DNA from: Antedon mediterranea | Taxonomy: Eukaryota; Animalia; Echinodermata | Length of the DNA stretch: 64,000 bases | Assembly: GCF_964355755.1 (NCBI RefSeq) | Contig: NC_092672.1 | Location: 25,364,437 to 25,428,436 of the forward strand | Direction of reading: 5' to 3' | The notes under the pieces: model-generated | The model's input: the letters and a program-made list of their open reading frames with translations, nothing else | The model's database searches: none | What the model was told of the DNA's origin: nothing | Translations under genes and position numbers: made by a program | Shown here: positions 13,046 to 25,859 of the stretch, one piece after another | Layout: each line of letters starts with the position of its first letter | Numbering within the stretch: the stretch's first letter is position 1

Positions 13046-14436
13046 TAGACCTTATGGTCACACGTCAGGAACACAATGGCAATTGAAAAATCCATTTGGT
13101 TATTACTTCATACCATTGACACGGGAGTTACTGCAGGTAACTCGGAATATTCAATGTGGTATTAAGCATTTAATTTTTTGGCCAGAAAGTCTTGCAATGT
13201 ATTCAAGATCCTGGCAATAAAGTCATATGTGTGCATCAATCCTACAGTTCCAGAGGAGACTCGAGGTGACTTTGTTATCCACCAGCACTTTTTGAAACTA
13301 CCAACTTACAATACTTTCAGCTAATAAACCAACATGATGCCATGTGAAAACAACTTCTTCTGAAGAGTCTAATACATCCAAATCACTGAATGATGTCCAG
13401 TAGGCCTAAATTTTAGATGGTAGCGCTCTACTGCACAGCATTTCATGGAATAGTGTAGAGGTCTGTAAAAAATATTGCTCTGCCATCATAGTCTTTGATA
13501 ATTATGAAAGCGGCTCATCCGCCAAAGACGGCGCACATGGTAAGGCGGGTCAGGTGGTAGTGTCCCTGTACATTTTACCAGTGACATGTTCCACGAAATA
13601 GGATCACTTTCTGTAACAAACAACAATTTATAAATCTTCGTAACTATTATTTAAACAACATGGCAATGAGTGAATGCAGCTGCTGATGCAGATGTTCTTT
13701 CGGATAGTACAAAAAACCATTGAATCAGCAAACAGGAAAACATCTGTCATTATCCGATTACACGGATCTACTAGTGCTCCTCTGCAGTCAAGCATTTAAA
13801 TTATCTTGTGATATTCTTTAGACTGGAACTGAGATGCTGGACTATCAAACTGGTTCAAACAGTACATTTGAGAGACATCTGTGATAACCTTCTGTTTGCT
13901 CCTGCGATACTGGTGACACAACATCCAGCAGAGTTTTCGGAATTGGAAAACAAGTGGCTCTAAAAAAAGCTTGTCATTGCACTTATTTCTGACATTATGC
14001 TGTAGTTTTCAGATGCAAACAAGCTACAAAGGATGACATTGTGGTTGCTAAAGAAAGTGATTTAGTGCGTCTGTACAATAGACTACCTGGACAACGTGGA
14101 ATGCCTTTGACTCCATCCTATCTATAAGTACAACCTCGCATATCGCCAACTTCATAATCGTACCACAACCAAGGTACTTAGCATCATGTTCAAGTTCAAG
14201 TTATCTTTTAGCAATTAGGGTTGATATGTGTACCGAGGATTGGGGATGGAAGATCAGATGATGGAAACATGGTTCCTCTACACACAGACTTAAAGCTAGA
14301 ACCTGAGTACCTCCTTGGAGCATTCAGGGGTAACTAGAACTACATGTTGTGAATGCAATGACATTGCACTGTACTAATACCCGAACAAAAAGGTGATACT
14401 GATGACATATAAGTTGTGAGTCTTTTTCTATTTGAA

Positions 14437-15183
14437 GGATTAAACAATATCATCCCACACGGAGCAATTCAAATAAAAAGGTCTGGATTAAAATGATCTT
14501 ACAAAATATACAAAAATATCACAATATACAGTACAATATAACAAGAGTCAAAGTTCAAGAATTTAAGAGTCGGATGGCAACTGGCAAAAACGAATTTCTT
14601 TTCCAGTTTGTTCTACATGCCGGGCATTGAAAGCGACGCCCATGAGGCATGAGCTCGAAATCACTGAACAAGGCATGGTTAACATTTTTTAGAATAGCTC
14701 TATAAAGGAAAAAAGTTAAAACGTTCTCAATAAAGGAATTATAAAAAACCATGAGAATTACTTTATCGGCATTAAAATGGTTCAGCTTCCTTAACAGATA
14801 AAGTCTCTGGTGTCCTTTCTTTACTATTGCCTCTGTATTTAATTCCCAGCTGAGATTGTCCTCAAATATAGTACCTATAGGTATTTAAAGGAATGGACAA
14901 TATCGCTGGTTCGTCAGTGGGGGATACCAGATGGCTGCGTCCTTTCTCTTTCCTAAAATCTACAATTATCTCCTTGGTTTTGGTCACATTGAGTTCCAAG
15001 TAGGAGTTTCCAAAATTGGATAGAACCATCTAATGCGGAACCATGACCGTCCGGTGAATTTTGAAGGAGAGACAGCAAGACAGTGTCGTCAGCAAATTTG
15101 AAAAGATGACTATTGTCCTGTTTGCTCCGACAGTCATCCGTGTATATAATATACAGGAGAGGAGAGAAGACGCAACCCTGCGA
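14437..15183 (-). mobile_element. 5'-truncated LINE fragment (L2/Rex1-like RT C-terminus)
   Basis: Minus strand reads QGCVFSPLLY, KFADDT, ELNVTKTKEIIVDFRK and MPHGRRF...RTNWKRNSFLPVAIRLLN. Confidence 0.8.
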
Positions 15184-18100
15184 AGATCAAATACTTGTCA
15201 TTACGTACATTCGTTGATACTAAAATTATCAAAAATCTATCTATAGTAAATCATGAGTTGATTCCAAATTATCAAGACTCATTAATTAATCAACAATAGC
15301 ACATACCGCTAATGAATTTCAATTTTCTTCTAGCTAACATCATTTTTCCTATTTCATGACGATACAATAGGAAATACAGGAAAAACATTATTTGCACCAA
15401 ATACTTCCAAAATATAAATATAATATATATAAACATAATTTAGTTTTACGCTATTTTAAGAAAATTTGAGTTTTTGTAAAAGGTCAATGACCTTTTGACC
15501 TCTAGTTACGTATAACTGTTGTATTAATTGTTTTTTTAATGTATATTATTAGTAGGATATATATATTCTACACATTGGTACTAAAGCTATTTAGATATGA
15601 TTATAAAACAATGGATTATAGGCATAAACGCTACCCCCTACCCCAAAATTGTTTACATTACGTTTAATCAAGAATCAATTTTAATAAGAATAGTACATCA
15701 TTACTTTTAAAATTCTTCTAGTTAACATCATGTTTTCTATTTCATATATCGATAGGTACAGATAAAACACAATTTTGATTAAATGCATATACAATTATGG
15801 CATAATATTACAGTTAATCATTTTTTAAAGGAAAAAAATGAGTTTTTGTAAAAGGTTAATAACCTTTTGACCTCTAGTTATATAAATAAATGTTGCATTT
15901 TGTTATTTTAAATTGCATATTAGAAGGAAATATATATTCTACACATTGATATCAAGATTATTTAGATTGGATTATAAAACCACAAGTTATGGGCATAAAT
16001 GTTACCCCCTACTCCAAAATATTTATGGAATAAAATAACTATATAGTTGTTGAGATTACGTAAAAAATAATGTGTTCCAATGCTTCAATTTTCGTTGACT
16101 TTTAATATGTCATTATAAACTACATTTGGAATGAAAAAATTAATGTTTCGTTACTATTGCAATTTGTGGTGGGTTTACCTCTAAATATCACTAGATTGAC
16201 TGAACTTTATTATTTGCGTATAGTTGCATGTCTGTGAAGTCTGGCGCCCTCTAAAAATTAATATTTAGTTTTATTTGTATTAATTGAGAGTTTGTTAAGT
16301 GGTTAGTCGTTGTAATTCGCAGTTTAGTATATTACATGCAACTATGGGGCCTTTATGTTTGAGGAATATGTTTGTATCGTCCGCGAATATAATAAGTTCG
16401 ACAACTTTGCTTCAAAAAATATGTCATTAATAAATAACAAAAATAGCAATGGGCCAATGGTAGATCCCTGTGGAACACCAACTTTTACTTCTCTTTTTAT
16501 TGATTTGTGTGATTCAATAGTAACATACTGAGTTCTGTGGTCTAGGTAACTCCTAAACCAGTCTAACACAATACCACGTATGCCATAGAATTCCATTTTA
16601 TTGATTAGTATTCTATAGTGATCGATCGTATCGAAAGCTTTCGACAGATCTAGGAAAACACCTATAATGAATGAGTTGTTATAAATTGCTGATGTTATTT
16701 TTTCTAGTGTGTGTAGTAGAGCATGTGCATTTGAATGTTTTTGTCGGAATTCATATTGATATTGATTTATTATGTTGCATTTATTAAGGTATGAAATGGT
16801 TTGGTCGTAGACAACTCTTTCATACATTTTAGAAAGACATGGTAAGATTGATATGGGTAAATAATTATTAGGGTTTTGCCTATCGCCACTTGTAAATACA
16901 GGTATAGTTTTGGCACATTTTAGGGGAACATCAGAGAATCGGCCAGTGGCGAGTGAAACGTTTATTAAGTGTGAAATAGGTTTTGTAAGGTAGACGGAAT
17001 TTTACTTGATATAGTGAGCACTGATATCATCGTGACCTGGTGTTTTATCTGTTTCTAATTTATTAATGTATGTCATTATTTCGTATTCTGTTGTGGGTCT
17101 GAAATACATAGAATTAAGGTAGTTACCAGTCAAATATGACGTTGGATCAATGGCAGGGTTGTTATCATGGTTAATTTTGTCAGCTAATTGTTTTCCAATA
17201 TTAATAAAATAAGAATTGAATGCATCGGATTTTGTTTCTGGGTTAGTGTATGTCTCTGTCCCATGTTTGCAGTTTGGATTTTTTCTTCCTACCTAAAAGT
17301 TGATTAATGGCATTCCCCGTTTCTTTCATATTGTTTTAATTTTTTTCAAATTATTAAAATAGTATTCCTTTTTTCGTTTTCTAATAATATTTGTAAGTAC
17401 GTTTGTATATTTAACTTTATTTATGTTTGTCGGTCTACGTTTGTATTTGCTATATAATTTGTTTATAGTAACAATTGACTTAGCAATTGATTCCGTTATC
17501 CAAGGAGATTGAAGTTTATTAGCTTTGAGTTTAATCTTTTTTATTGGAAAGCATATATTAACTAATGATTGCAGAGTTGTGGAAAAATGTTGATATGCTT
17601 TGTTTGCGTCATTTGATTCTAGGACATCCTGCCACTGTTGATTTGCAAGTTCATGCTTAAAATGATCAATATTGTACTGTTTATTTTCGCGTTTATAACA
17701 GTATACGTTGTTATGATAATGGTGAGTTTCGGATGTGTTTATGCAGAATATTGGAAGGTGGTCGGATGTATCCAAATATAATTATGATACCAGTATTTAT
17801 ATTATTTGTTAGATGGGAATTGTAGAGAATATTATCTATTATGGAAGCATAGTTTTTTGTTATTCTTGTGGGCTTATTAATAAGAAAAGTAAAGGACTGG
17901 GACTGGATATTGTCAAGGTGGGATTCGATGTTTTTGTCTCTCATGTGTTGGCTAATGTCTAGGTTCATATCACCAGTAATGTATGCTGGCTTATTTTCTT
18001 TGTTAATCATATGCATGACTATTGACAACTAATCGTTGATACATTTGTATCAGGGGGACTATATATTACTCCGCAAGATATTGTTTTATTTTCTATTTTA

Positions 18101-18463
18101 ACATCAATAAATATAGATTCTCCTTCGGTCAGTATTGAAGAGATGTCATTTCGCATCTCGTAACTATGGGTTTCTGATAGATAGAGAGCAACGCCTCCTC
18201 CCTTTCGTCCTACCCTATTATTATGGATAAATGTATATTTTGGTATTTCGTACAGTGATGTTGTAGAATATGGAGAAATCCATGTTTCTTTTAGGGCAAT
18301 AATTGAAAAGGAGTGATTTATTGAATTAATCAGATTCAAAATATCATCGAATTTGTTGACCATGCTACGGCAGTTCAGGCTTAGAATGGAGAAGTGATTG
18401 GCATGTATCGAGTTTTTAAAACTTAGATTAAAATCGTTTATCTGGTAATATTTAATTTCTTCA

Positions 18464-18765
18464 ACTTTGGAACTTGGAAATCGAAGAAACAATGGTAAAT
18501 GCAGAGATTGTTATTATTAATTAAGCCTGCACTATTAACTAACTTTCAATAAAAGTTAAGTAGAATATGAGAAAAAAAATGTATTAAATATTATTATTGT
18601 TGCTGTGTTGTTATGTAATATAGACAAGAGCTTTTAGTTTTGTATATGACGATTTTCCAATTTTCAAGCTAGCGCGTGAGATGATGTGGGCCTATAATAA
18701 TTTGTTTACTTTAGTTTGTTTTTTTCTTTCTTTCTTTTTATTTGTTTCATCTCATGAAAGTGGTG
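18464..18765 (+). pseudogene. FReD paralog copy 2: 3' end of the same exon plus homologous intron start
   Basis: ACTTTGGAACTTGGAAAT (TLELGN...NN G|GTAAAT, donor at 18495) and the following intron (GCAGAGATTGTTATT...CCTGCA.TATTAACTAA; GCGCG.GA.ATG.T.TGGGC; CATGAAAGTG) match 1042-1295. Confidence 0.75.
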
Positions 18766-19625
18766 ACTTGGGATATTTCTTTGGCACAATAACTAATATA
18801 AAGACATTGAAACATCAATTCCCAAAATAAATATTTCACTTTGTTAAGATTTCGAACAATGACTTAAGATGACAAAACATAATCAGATGTGATTATACTT
18901 GTTGACAATAATGGTAGAAGTATCATACCAACATTTAAGAAAAAAGAATTACTCTAGTAGCTAGATCAACTTTCGTATGCACTTTGAGTTCCAGAGAATT
19001 TGACTTCAGAAATTGGTTTAGGATGGTCAAACAATCATTATTTGCTTGGTTACACATTTTGAAAATGTGGCGAAAGGTCAAAAGGTCAGGGTGAAAGGTT
19101 ATCAAACTAAACACCAATAGGTCCTTAAATCTCGACAACCACTGGTCACAGCGAGGTAATTTTGGTCTCAAATTGATAAGAAGGTTACATTTATATTCAG
19201 TCTAATGAGACATTTTAGTCAAAAATGACCGGAAATGCCATTTCTGACCTTTGACCCACACCCCAGGGCATGTATGTATCTCCGTAACTACTGATCGTAG
19301 ACACTTGAATTTGGTCTTAAATTGTTTGAAATAAACATTTAGTTATTTTTTTGCACATTTTTAAAAATGTTACAAAAGGTGAAAGGGTCAGGGTCAAGGG
19401 TTATATGAACAAATATAAATAGATACTTGTATCTCGGCAACCACTCGTCGCTGCAAGTCAATTTTAGTCTCAAAATGTTCAGAAGGCATGCTTTCATATT
19501 CAATCTAATGAGACATTTTAGTCAAAAATGATCAAAAATGCAATTTCTGACCTTTGACCCACATATCATGGCATCTTCATATCTCTGTAAGTACTGGTCG
19601 TAGAAACTTAATTTGGTATCAAATT

Positions 19626-20060
19626 TGTTACGGGCTTCGCATGAGTCCGAGCGGTTTGCTTATATAGTCATATAGGAGAAACTTCCGAGCGGTTTAATAT
19701 TTAAAGTTATCCAACAAACATGAACATCAAAAATGCAGTAAAGTTAAAGTAAAAGTATATTTCTTTAATGAACAGGCGCTCTTGCTGGCCTGTGTCTGTT
19801 CACCTTCATACCAAAACTAAAACTAAACTTAAAACATATCATCTTAACTATTTAAAAAACCCACCCTTACTTCTGATTGGCCAACAATATTCCAAGTAGT
19901 TTGATAAGTTAGCCTTTTTCAAAAATTGAGACAAAATTACCGTTAACTTTGTCTGGGGCTTTTTTTCTAGGCCACATGGTACCATATGATATGTATAACT
20001 GTAAGAGGAGTAACTAAAGGTTACTGGATAATAACCTCTTTAGCATGAGTTATTATCACA
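19626..20060 (-). repeat. 3' LTR
   Basis: Direct repeat of 25860-26294; about 4 substitutions seen by eye. Confidence 0.95.
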
Positions 20061-20072
20061 CCCCCCTACTGA
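20061..20072 (-). promoter_or_regulatory. Polypurine tract
   Basis: Minus-strand AGTAGGGGGG immediately upstream of the 3' LTR. Confidence 0.8.
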
Positions 20073-20968
20073 ATAAAAGAGTGTGTCACTCTTCTAAAAA
20101 TAGTATGTCCTTAACTACAGTACTTAATAACTAAACCAATATAATATGAGAATATAAAACTGAAATGTTCAAAGTAGTTTCAAATGTTTAGCTTGCAGTA
20201 TTAAAATTAAAAATGCATTGTTTATAATTTCTACTGCTACATCATCAAAATGTAAAGTTCATTGTTCAAGTTATTGTTCATCAATGGTATGGTGTCCACT
20301 GTGTTAAATTTAACTTCAAAATCATAAAGTGTTCTGCAGTTCTGCAAAAATCACGCTGTCAAAAGTAAAATATCAATCAAATTAATTACATAAAAGTTTT
20401 TCTTCAATGCTCCTCATTTCACTGTTGCACTGCTGTCAATCATAAATGTAAGAGTTCATAAACAGGTCACAGTGTTCAAAGTTTGTATAAAAGAAGATGA
20501 TGGGGTTAATGGTCACATTCATAACATTTTATGGCAACAGTTCGAGATGCACTTTATGCTTAATTCTACATCTTAAATAATATAATATCATAATAAAGCT
20601 GTACTACAATACAGTAAAGTGTCTAATACCAAGTGTAAGTTGGTAGTACATATAACCTTCAATATTGTGAAGTGCTCTGGCCAATTGTTAGTTGGTGATG
20701 CTAAATATAATCTTTACTGACAATATAGATATTATAATTTTTTTTTTTTTTTAACCAATTTTACACAATTTTTATAATGGTCACAATATATATAGATTCT
20801 TTGTGAGAATCATTTCGTTTGTATCTTAATACTTAATTTTACTATATAAAGTGGGATTATTTGTGATAATCCTTATAACATACACATTTTGGTCTGATGA
20901 AGCTTGTGTACTCACTTAACTATAAATTAAAATAATGCGATGTACCGTTCCGTATGTTCCCTGAATTA

Positions 20969-23956
20969 CTAACATCGACGTGACAAACTGTCAGCATTGG
21001 TGTTTGTTATACCTTTGCGGTATTGTATATCAAAAGTAAATTGTTGTAGAGTCTTTGACCATCTAATTAGTCTATTATTTGAATGGCGGGTATTGTTAAG
21101 CCATTTCAACGCCTTGTGGTCAGTTATAACTGTAAATTTGTGCCCTTGTAAGTAATATCGTAACTTGTTAATTGACCATACTATAGCTAAACATTCTTGT
21201 TCAGCAACTGAATAATTTAACTCATTGGGCAACATCCTTCTACTAAGGTAAACAATAGGATGTTCATTACAATCAGTATCTAACTGGCTTAAAACAGCTC
21301 CAATTCCTGTTTTCGATGCATCAGTTTGTAGTAAAAATGGTTTATCAAAGTTTGGTGCTCTTAAAATGGGGTGAGCAATAAGCTGAGATTTTAAATCTGT
21401 GAATGCTTTATCACACTCAGGCGTCCAATTTACTCTCTTAGGTTCGGCTTTTTTAGTCAAGTTTATCAAGGGTCTTGCTATGTCATCATAGTGTAGAATA
21501 AACTTCCTATAATACCCTGTCAATCCCAAAAATGACCTGACATTCTTCTTAGTTTGAGGGGTAGGGAATTTCTCTACCGACTCTATCTTATCTAACATAG
21601 GCTTTATTTGGCCATCCCCTATGGTATGTCCAAGGTAGTTTACAGTGCTGTTAGCAAATTTCGATTTAGATGGCTTAATAGTAAGACCAGCTTCTGAAAT
21701 TTTACTTAATACAATATCTAAATGATTTAAATGATCTTGCCACGTATTAGAGAAAATCGCAATATCGTCAATATATTGTCTGCAAAATGCGGAACATCCC
21801 ATCAACACAGTATCAACTAGCTTTTGAAATGTCGCACTAGAATTCATCATACCGAACGGCATGACCCTATATGCAAACTGCCCAAAAGGTGTCACAAATG
21901 CTGATTTTGCTTTAGCTTGCGGATCTAGAGGTACCTGATAAAATCCCTTAGTCAAATCTAGGGTTGAGATATATTTAGCTTTAGCTACTTCATCAAGTAT
22001 CTGATCTATCCTAGGAATAGGATAAGGATCAAATTCAGTTATCTTGTTCAATGCACGGTAATCAGTGCACACGCGAATATCACCGTTAGGTTTTGGTACA
22101 ACGACAATAGGAGATGCATATGCACTAGTTGACCTCTCAATGACCCCTAGACTCAACATACTGTCCACCTCTTCTTTGACTTTTGTCATCATTGAATGTG
22201 GTGTCCTGTAAGCACGTTGTCTGATTGGTGTTTCATGAGTAGTTTTTACTGTATGTGTAAGTACATTAGTTTTTCCAGGCACATCAGAAAATGCCTTAGT
22301 ATGTTTCTTAAGTGTATTGGTTAGTTCCCGTTTTTGTTTTGTAGAAATGGAGTCTGCAATTTTTACATCTTTCCATGTTTGTGTTTGTTTATAGGATGGA
22401 CCTATACTGTCATCAAGAAATTGTGTTTCGAGATCATAATCAACAGGCTGAACAAGTGATTCATTGCCTATTTCTTGAATTACCCCAGTTACACAGTAAC
22501 ATTGAGATATTTGCCGAGCGTCTTCTTGTGTGTACCATTTCTTGATTAAGTTAGCATGTATAATTCTATGAGATTTACGTTTATCAGGCATATGTATTTC
22601 ATAATCCACCTCACCAACCTTTTTAGTGATTTTATATGGACCTTGCCATTTCGAATCCAACTTTCCCGCGCCTTCTGGGAGGAAAATTAAGACCTCTTCA
22701 CCGACTTTATAGTGTATATCTTTTGCAGTTCTGTCGTAATAAGATTTCATTTTCTGTTGCTTTTTCTGTTTAGTGTGATTTGCACTAGCCATCCATTTAG
22801 TTAAGTTGTGAGCTATCCCTAACAAGTGTGAAGGTATGTCTGTTTGAGTGTTCTCGCCAAGGAATCCTTGCTTAATTAAGCTTAAGGGACCCCTTATTTG
22901 TCTACCATATAGTAAGTGAAATGGTGAATATCCTGTGAATTCACACGGTACTTCTCTATAAGAGAATAACAGCAATGGAATATACCTATCCCAGTTTTCT
23001 CGTTGGACATGAGACAGCGAATTAATCATAAGTTTCAGTGTACCTATAAAACGCTCCGTAAGTCCGTTAGTCTGTTGGTGATAAGGCGTAGTAGGAATTT
23101 TCTCAATTCCCAATTTTTTGCATAGTTCTACGATAATTTGAGACATGAAGTTGGTACCTTGGTCATGAATAATTTGACTAGGTAAACCCACTCTCGATAA
23201 TACAGTGATTAAACTCTGTGCTACAGTTACCGCGGTTTGATCGGGTATTGGAATGGCTTCTGGATATCTAGTTGCATAGTCGCACAATACTAAAAGATAT
23301 CTATTTCCATCCTCTGTAACACAAAATGGACCTGCAATATCTATTCCAATTCTTTTAAACGGAATATCAATGATTGGTAATGGTCGCAATAGTTGTTTTT
23401 GTTTCTTTGTTTTTGTCAAATACTGACATTGAGGACATGTTTTACAATGTTCTCTAACTTGATGGTTTATTCCAGGCCAATAAAAATGTTGGGTTATCCT
23501 ATCCTGTGTCTTTTGGACACCTAGACGTCCAGTTTTGTCATGAGCTATATTTATAATGTGTTCTCTGTACTCCTGTGGTACAACTATTTGGTCATCGATT
23601 TGTTTGCGGAAACGTGTCTGTGGTTGGCATTTTCTCATTATAATCCCATTTTCTTTATAAAAACAGACATCTTGATCTTTTGTGCATGATTTATCTTTTA
23701 CCTCACTTCGAATAAATTTCAATGTTTCATCTTTTTCTTGTAGTTTTATCAAGTCTTTAATGTCGCTGTGCAACAAGGATTTTGCCTCTGGTGTGTTTGG
23801 CAAATTGTAATCAAGTGATTCTTTGAAATCAAGTGCCACATTTTCTGATGTTGTTTGATTTTGTTCAAGATATTGTCTAATACAATCCTGAGCTTTTATT
23901 TCGGGCAATACACGAGTTTGTGCTCTAGTAACTACTAGTACATCTTTTGGTTTGTC
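20969..23956 (-). CDS. pol: Pol: integrase, then reverse transcriptase, then RNase H (Gmr1 order)
   Basis: Integrase Zn region H..(R)..CKTCPQC and core IGIDIAGP, HDQGTNF, TNGLTERF. RT YPIPRID, LDLTKGFYQV, YIDD. RNase H LQTDASKTGIGAVLSQ, TDHKAL, NADSLSR. The frame stays open back to the TAG at 23957-23959. Confidence 0.92.
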   Translation of the reverse strand, partial: DKPKDVLVVTRAQTRVLPEIKAQDCIRQYLEQNQTTSENVALDFKESLDYNLPNTPEAKSLLHSDIKDLIKLQEKDETLKFIRSEVKDKSCTKDQDVCFYKENGIIMRKCQPQTRFRKQIDDQIVVPQEYREHIINIAHDKTGRLGVQKTQDRITQHFYWPGINHQVREHCKTCPQCQYLTKTKKQKQLLRPLPIIDIPFKRIGIDIAGPFCVTEDGNRYLLVLCDYATRYPEAIPIPDQTAVTVAQSLITVLSRVGLPSQIIHDQGTNFMSQIIVELCKKLGIEKIPTTPYHQQTNGLTERFIGTLKLMINSLSHVQRENWDRYIPLLLFSYREVPCEFTGYSPFHLLYGRQIRGPLSLIKQGFLGENTQTDIPSHLLGIAHNLTKWMASANHTKQKKQQKMKSYYDRTAKDIHYKVGEEVLIFLPEGAGKLDSKWQGPYKITKKVGEVDYEIHMPDKRKSHRIIHANLIKKWYTQEDARQISQCYCVTGVIQEIGNESLVQPVDYDLETQFLDDSIGPSYKQTQTWKDVKIADSISTKQKRELTNTLKKHTKAFSDVPGKTNVLTHTVKTTHETPIRQRAYRTPHSMMTKVKEEVDSMLSLGVIERSTSAYASPIVVVPKPNGDIRVCTDYRALNKITEFDPYPIPRIDQILDEVAKAKYISTLDLTKGFYQVPLDPQAKAKSAFVTPFGQFAYRVMPFGMMNSSATFQKLVDTVLMGCSAFCRQYIDDIAIFSNTWQDHLNHLDIVLSKISEAGLTIKPSKSKFANSTVNYLGHTIGDGQIKPMLDKIESVEKFPTPQTKKNVRSFLGLTGYYRKFILHYDDIARPLINLTKKAEPKRVNWTPECDKAFTDLKSQLIAHPILRAPNFDKPFLLQTDASKTGIGAVLSQLDTDCNEHPIVYLSRRMLPNELNYSVAEQECLAIVWSINKLRYYLQGHKFTVITDHKALKWLNNTRHSNNRLIRWSKTLQQFTFDIQYRKGITNTNADSLSRRC

Positions 23957-25525
23957 CTATTTATTTTCTGGGTCTAGATCATTGCCCAATAGACCATCAC
24001 TACCAAGGCCTTCTATTACACCAACGATAACTTTGGTAATATGTACCTCAGCGGTAGGAATTTCTATGTTAGTGCGGCCTATGCCTCGGACTAAGGTATA
24101 CGAACCTGTGAGACTCTTTTGGGGAATAAACTGTTTATCAATCAATGTAATTGACGATCCTGTGTCTCTCAAAAATGTTATGGCTTTACCCTCAAGTATA
24201 CCATTAATTAAGAAAGCTTTGTTCAAAGGCTCAGTCTTTGATGAGCCACTATGCACCGTGATGCACTTTAAGGAATCGTGCGGTCGTTGATTTTTTTGTC
24301 TTTGATTTTGATTTTGCCGACCTTGTGTGTTGCTAAATCGGGGAGGTTGTTGAGGAATAAATTGCCTGTTTAATGAATTCAGATCTTGCTGATAGCTAGC
24401 ATTAAAGTTTGGTCTGAATTGATGCTGATTTTGTGGATTTGTAGCCGGCCTGTTAAATGCACTGTGATTTGGTGCAGAAGGAGGCGGGTTAAACCTTGGC
24501 CTGTTGTAAGTTGGTCTGTCAAACCTTGGTGGTTTGCTATTGTAGGGCTGCGGTCTGTAATGACTATTTGTGCCTATTTGCTTATTATTTAGCTTATGGC
24601 GTTGCCAATAATTAGGTATTATGCTGGCATACTCCTCCGCCTCTCTGGCAAAGTCAGCTGTATTTAATACTTTCTTTTGAAGTAAATGCTGGCGCATATC
24701 ATTGGGAATGTTCTCTAAAACCTGTTCGCGTATTATTAATTGCGAAATACCTGCCGCATCATCAGCCGCAATGCCAGAGTATCTCACCCAACAATCAAAA
24801 TTATGCCCAACCTTTGTAATGTAGGAACGTATGCTTTCATTGTCATTTCGCTTTAAGTTCCTAAATTTTTGTCTGTAATGTTCTGGGGTCAGTTGAAACA
24901 CTTCCAGTATCGTACATTTTAGGGTTTCGTAATCAAAATTTTCGTCCATGGTGGTATTCATGGAGTCTCGAGCCTTTCCCTCAATGCATTGGGAGATGCG
25001 TCGAACCCAAGTGGATTCCTCCCATTGTTCCCTTTTAGCATAACTTTCGAATGCCGTAAAATAAGCGTCAGCATCGATATTATTAGTTAGTTTTTGTTTA
25101 TATCGATCTATTTTTGTGGAGGCATATGAACTTGTGGTGCTATGACCATCATTACTCTCTCGTTGTATTTGAGCTCTTATAGTTTCAACATTTTCGTCTC
25201 GTGCTAATGTCTTATTTGCAATCTCTCTATCATATTCAATCTTTTTCCGTTCTAATTCTAACTTTTCTTTTTCCATTTCGATTTTTTGATAGGCCAACCA
25301 ATCATGCATGTGCATCAAAATCATTTTACCCCCAATTTCTACAGAAATTTTATCAAGTACCATATCCGGAATGTCGGTCTCGTTACCAGTATTTTGAGTG
25401 GTTTCAGGTATAGCTGGTACAACAGTACTATTTTGAGAAGCAGCCTGAGAAGTTTGTGCTTCATCGGTATTCATTATGGAACTTTGTTGAGATCTTAAGA
25501 TCCTACTTGACTTATGTTTAGGCAT
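23957..25525 (-). CDS. gag: Gag with SCAN-like capsid region + aspartic protease
   Basis: 522-aa ORF with FESYA...W, YETLK..IL..FQLTPEHYRQKFR and LIIREQVL (SCAN-like), followed by the protease motif LRDTGSSITLI and LLGND. Confidence 0.88.
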   Translation of the reverse strand: MPKHKSSRILRSQQSSIMNTDEAQTSQAASQNSTVVPAIPETTQNTGNETDIPDMVLDKISVEIGGKMILMHMHDWLAYQKIEMEKEKLELERKKIEYDREIANKTLARDENVETIRAQIQRESNDGHSTTSSYASTKIDRYKQKLTNNIDADAYFTAFESYAKREQWEESTWVRRISQCIEGKARDSMNTTMDENFDYETLKCTILEVFQLTPEHYRQKFRNLKRNDNESIRSYITKVGHNFDCWVRYSGIAADDAAGISQLIIREQVLENIPNDMRQHLLQKKVLNTADFAREAEEYASIIPNYWQRHKLNNKQIGTNSHYRPQPYNSKPPRFDRPTYNRPRFNPPPSAPNHSAFNRPATNPQNQHQFRPNFNASYQQDLNSLNRQFIPQQPPRFSNTQGRQNQNQRQKNQRPHDSLKCITVHSGSSKTEPLNKAFLINGILEGKAITFLRDTGSSITLIDKQFIPQKSLTGSYTLVRGIGRTNIEIPTAEVHITKVIVGVIEGLGSDGLLGNDLDPENK

Positions 25526-25840
25526 TAATGTACTTATACAATATATAATGACTATGACTTAAGACTTAGTAAGATATATATAACAAAACTTAAACTATAG
25601 TGCATCACAAACTTTTACCACAAAATGAAAAATGTACCTTTAACTTGGAACTCATTGATGATATAGACAGAAAGTTTTCCTTCCCTTAGCGTTTCTGGCA
25701 TGAAAACAATGTCATCCACAATGTTGGTAAAGTCTTGTTTCAGATCAAAATTCAAGTCAAACAATCCATCAAAAAAAATTGTGAAGTGGTCCACCACAGC
25801 ACAGTTCGTCTAATGTTAATAGTAACGGGTTAAAAACGTT

Positions 25841-25859
25841 TCCAGCACCGCTGCCACCA
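25841..25859 (-). promoter_or_regulatory. Primer binding site, tRNA-Leu-type
   Basis: TGGTGGCAGCGGTG directly follows the 5' LTR on the minus strand, complementary to the ...ACCGCTGCCACCA 3' end of tRNA-Leu(AAG/TAG). Confidence 0.75.

Larger units (their letters stand above)
12067..16209 (+). mobile_element. Degenerate AcademX DNA transposon (transposase + XPG-like nuclease remnants)
   Basis: TIRs TAGTCCAGTCAATCTA...CCACCACAAATTGCAATAGTAA with the reverse complement at 16150-16209; TTA on both flanks. Broken frames give WAGLSTDLVIEKVSMRSLK (~12710), LDGSALLHSISW, IVFDNYESGSSAKDGAH, ADADVL, TDLLVLLC, DTTS/RVFGIGK and EDWGWK. Removing the element rejoins the host LINE. Confidence 0.85.
10790..18463 (-). 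mobile_element. CR1/L2-group LINE (ORF2: APE endonuclease + RT), degenerate, interrupted by an Academ element
   Basis: EN motifs LNCRSM, IIALKETW, RKGGGVALY, GDMNLD, PTRIT, SDHLPIF (17326-18492). RT motifs FLDLSKAFDTIDH and GVPQGSTIGPLLFLLFINDI (16342-16827). C-terminal YKSIILPHLTYAIVVWG...LQKKALRII (11501-12007). Several frameshifts. The 3' boundary is approximate. Confidence 0.9.

Noticed and set aside
20061-20968. Possible env or extra ORF in the ~900-bp region between pol and the 3' LTR
   Set aside because: No ORF of 60 aa or more in the track; AT-rich with a homopolymer tract.
20969-23908. Ty1/Copia assignment from the INT-before-RT order
   Set aside because: RT, RNase H and integrase motifs are Gypsy-type (YPIPRID, LDL.KGFYQV, TDAS..GIGAVL).
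23952-25498. Plus-strand ORFs overlapping gag; similarly 54170, 55046 and 63623 over the PLEs
   Set aside because: Antisense shadows of real retroelement ORFs.
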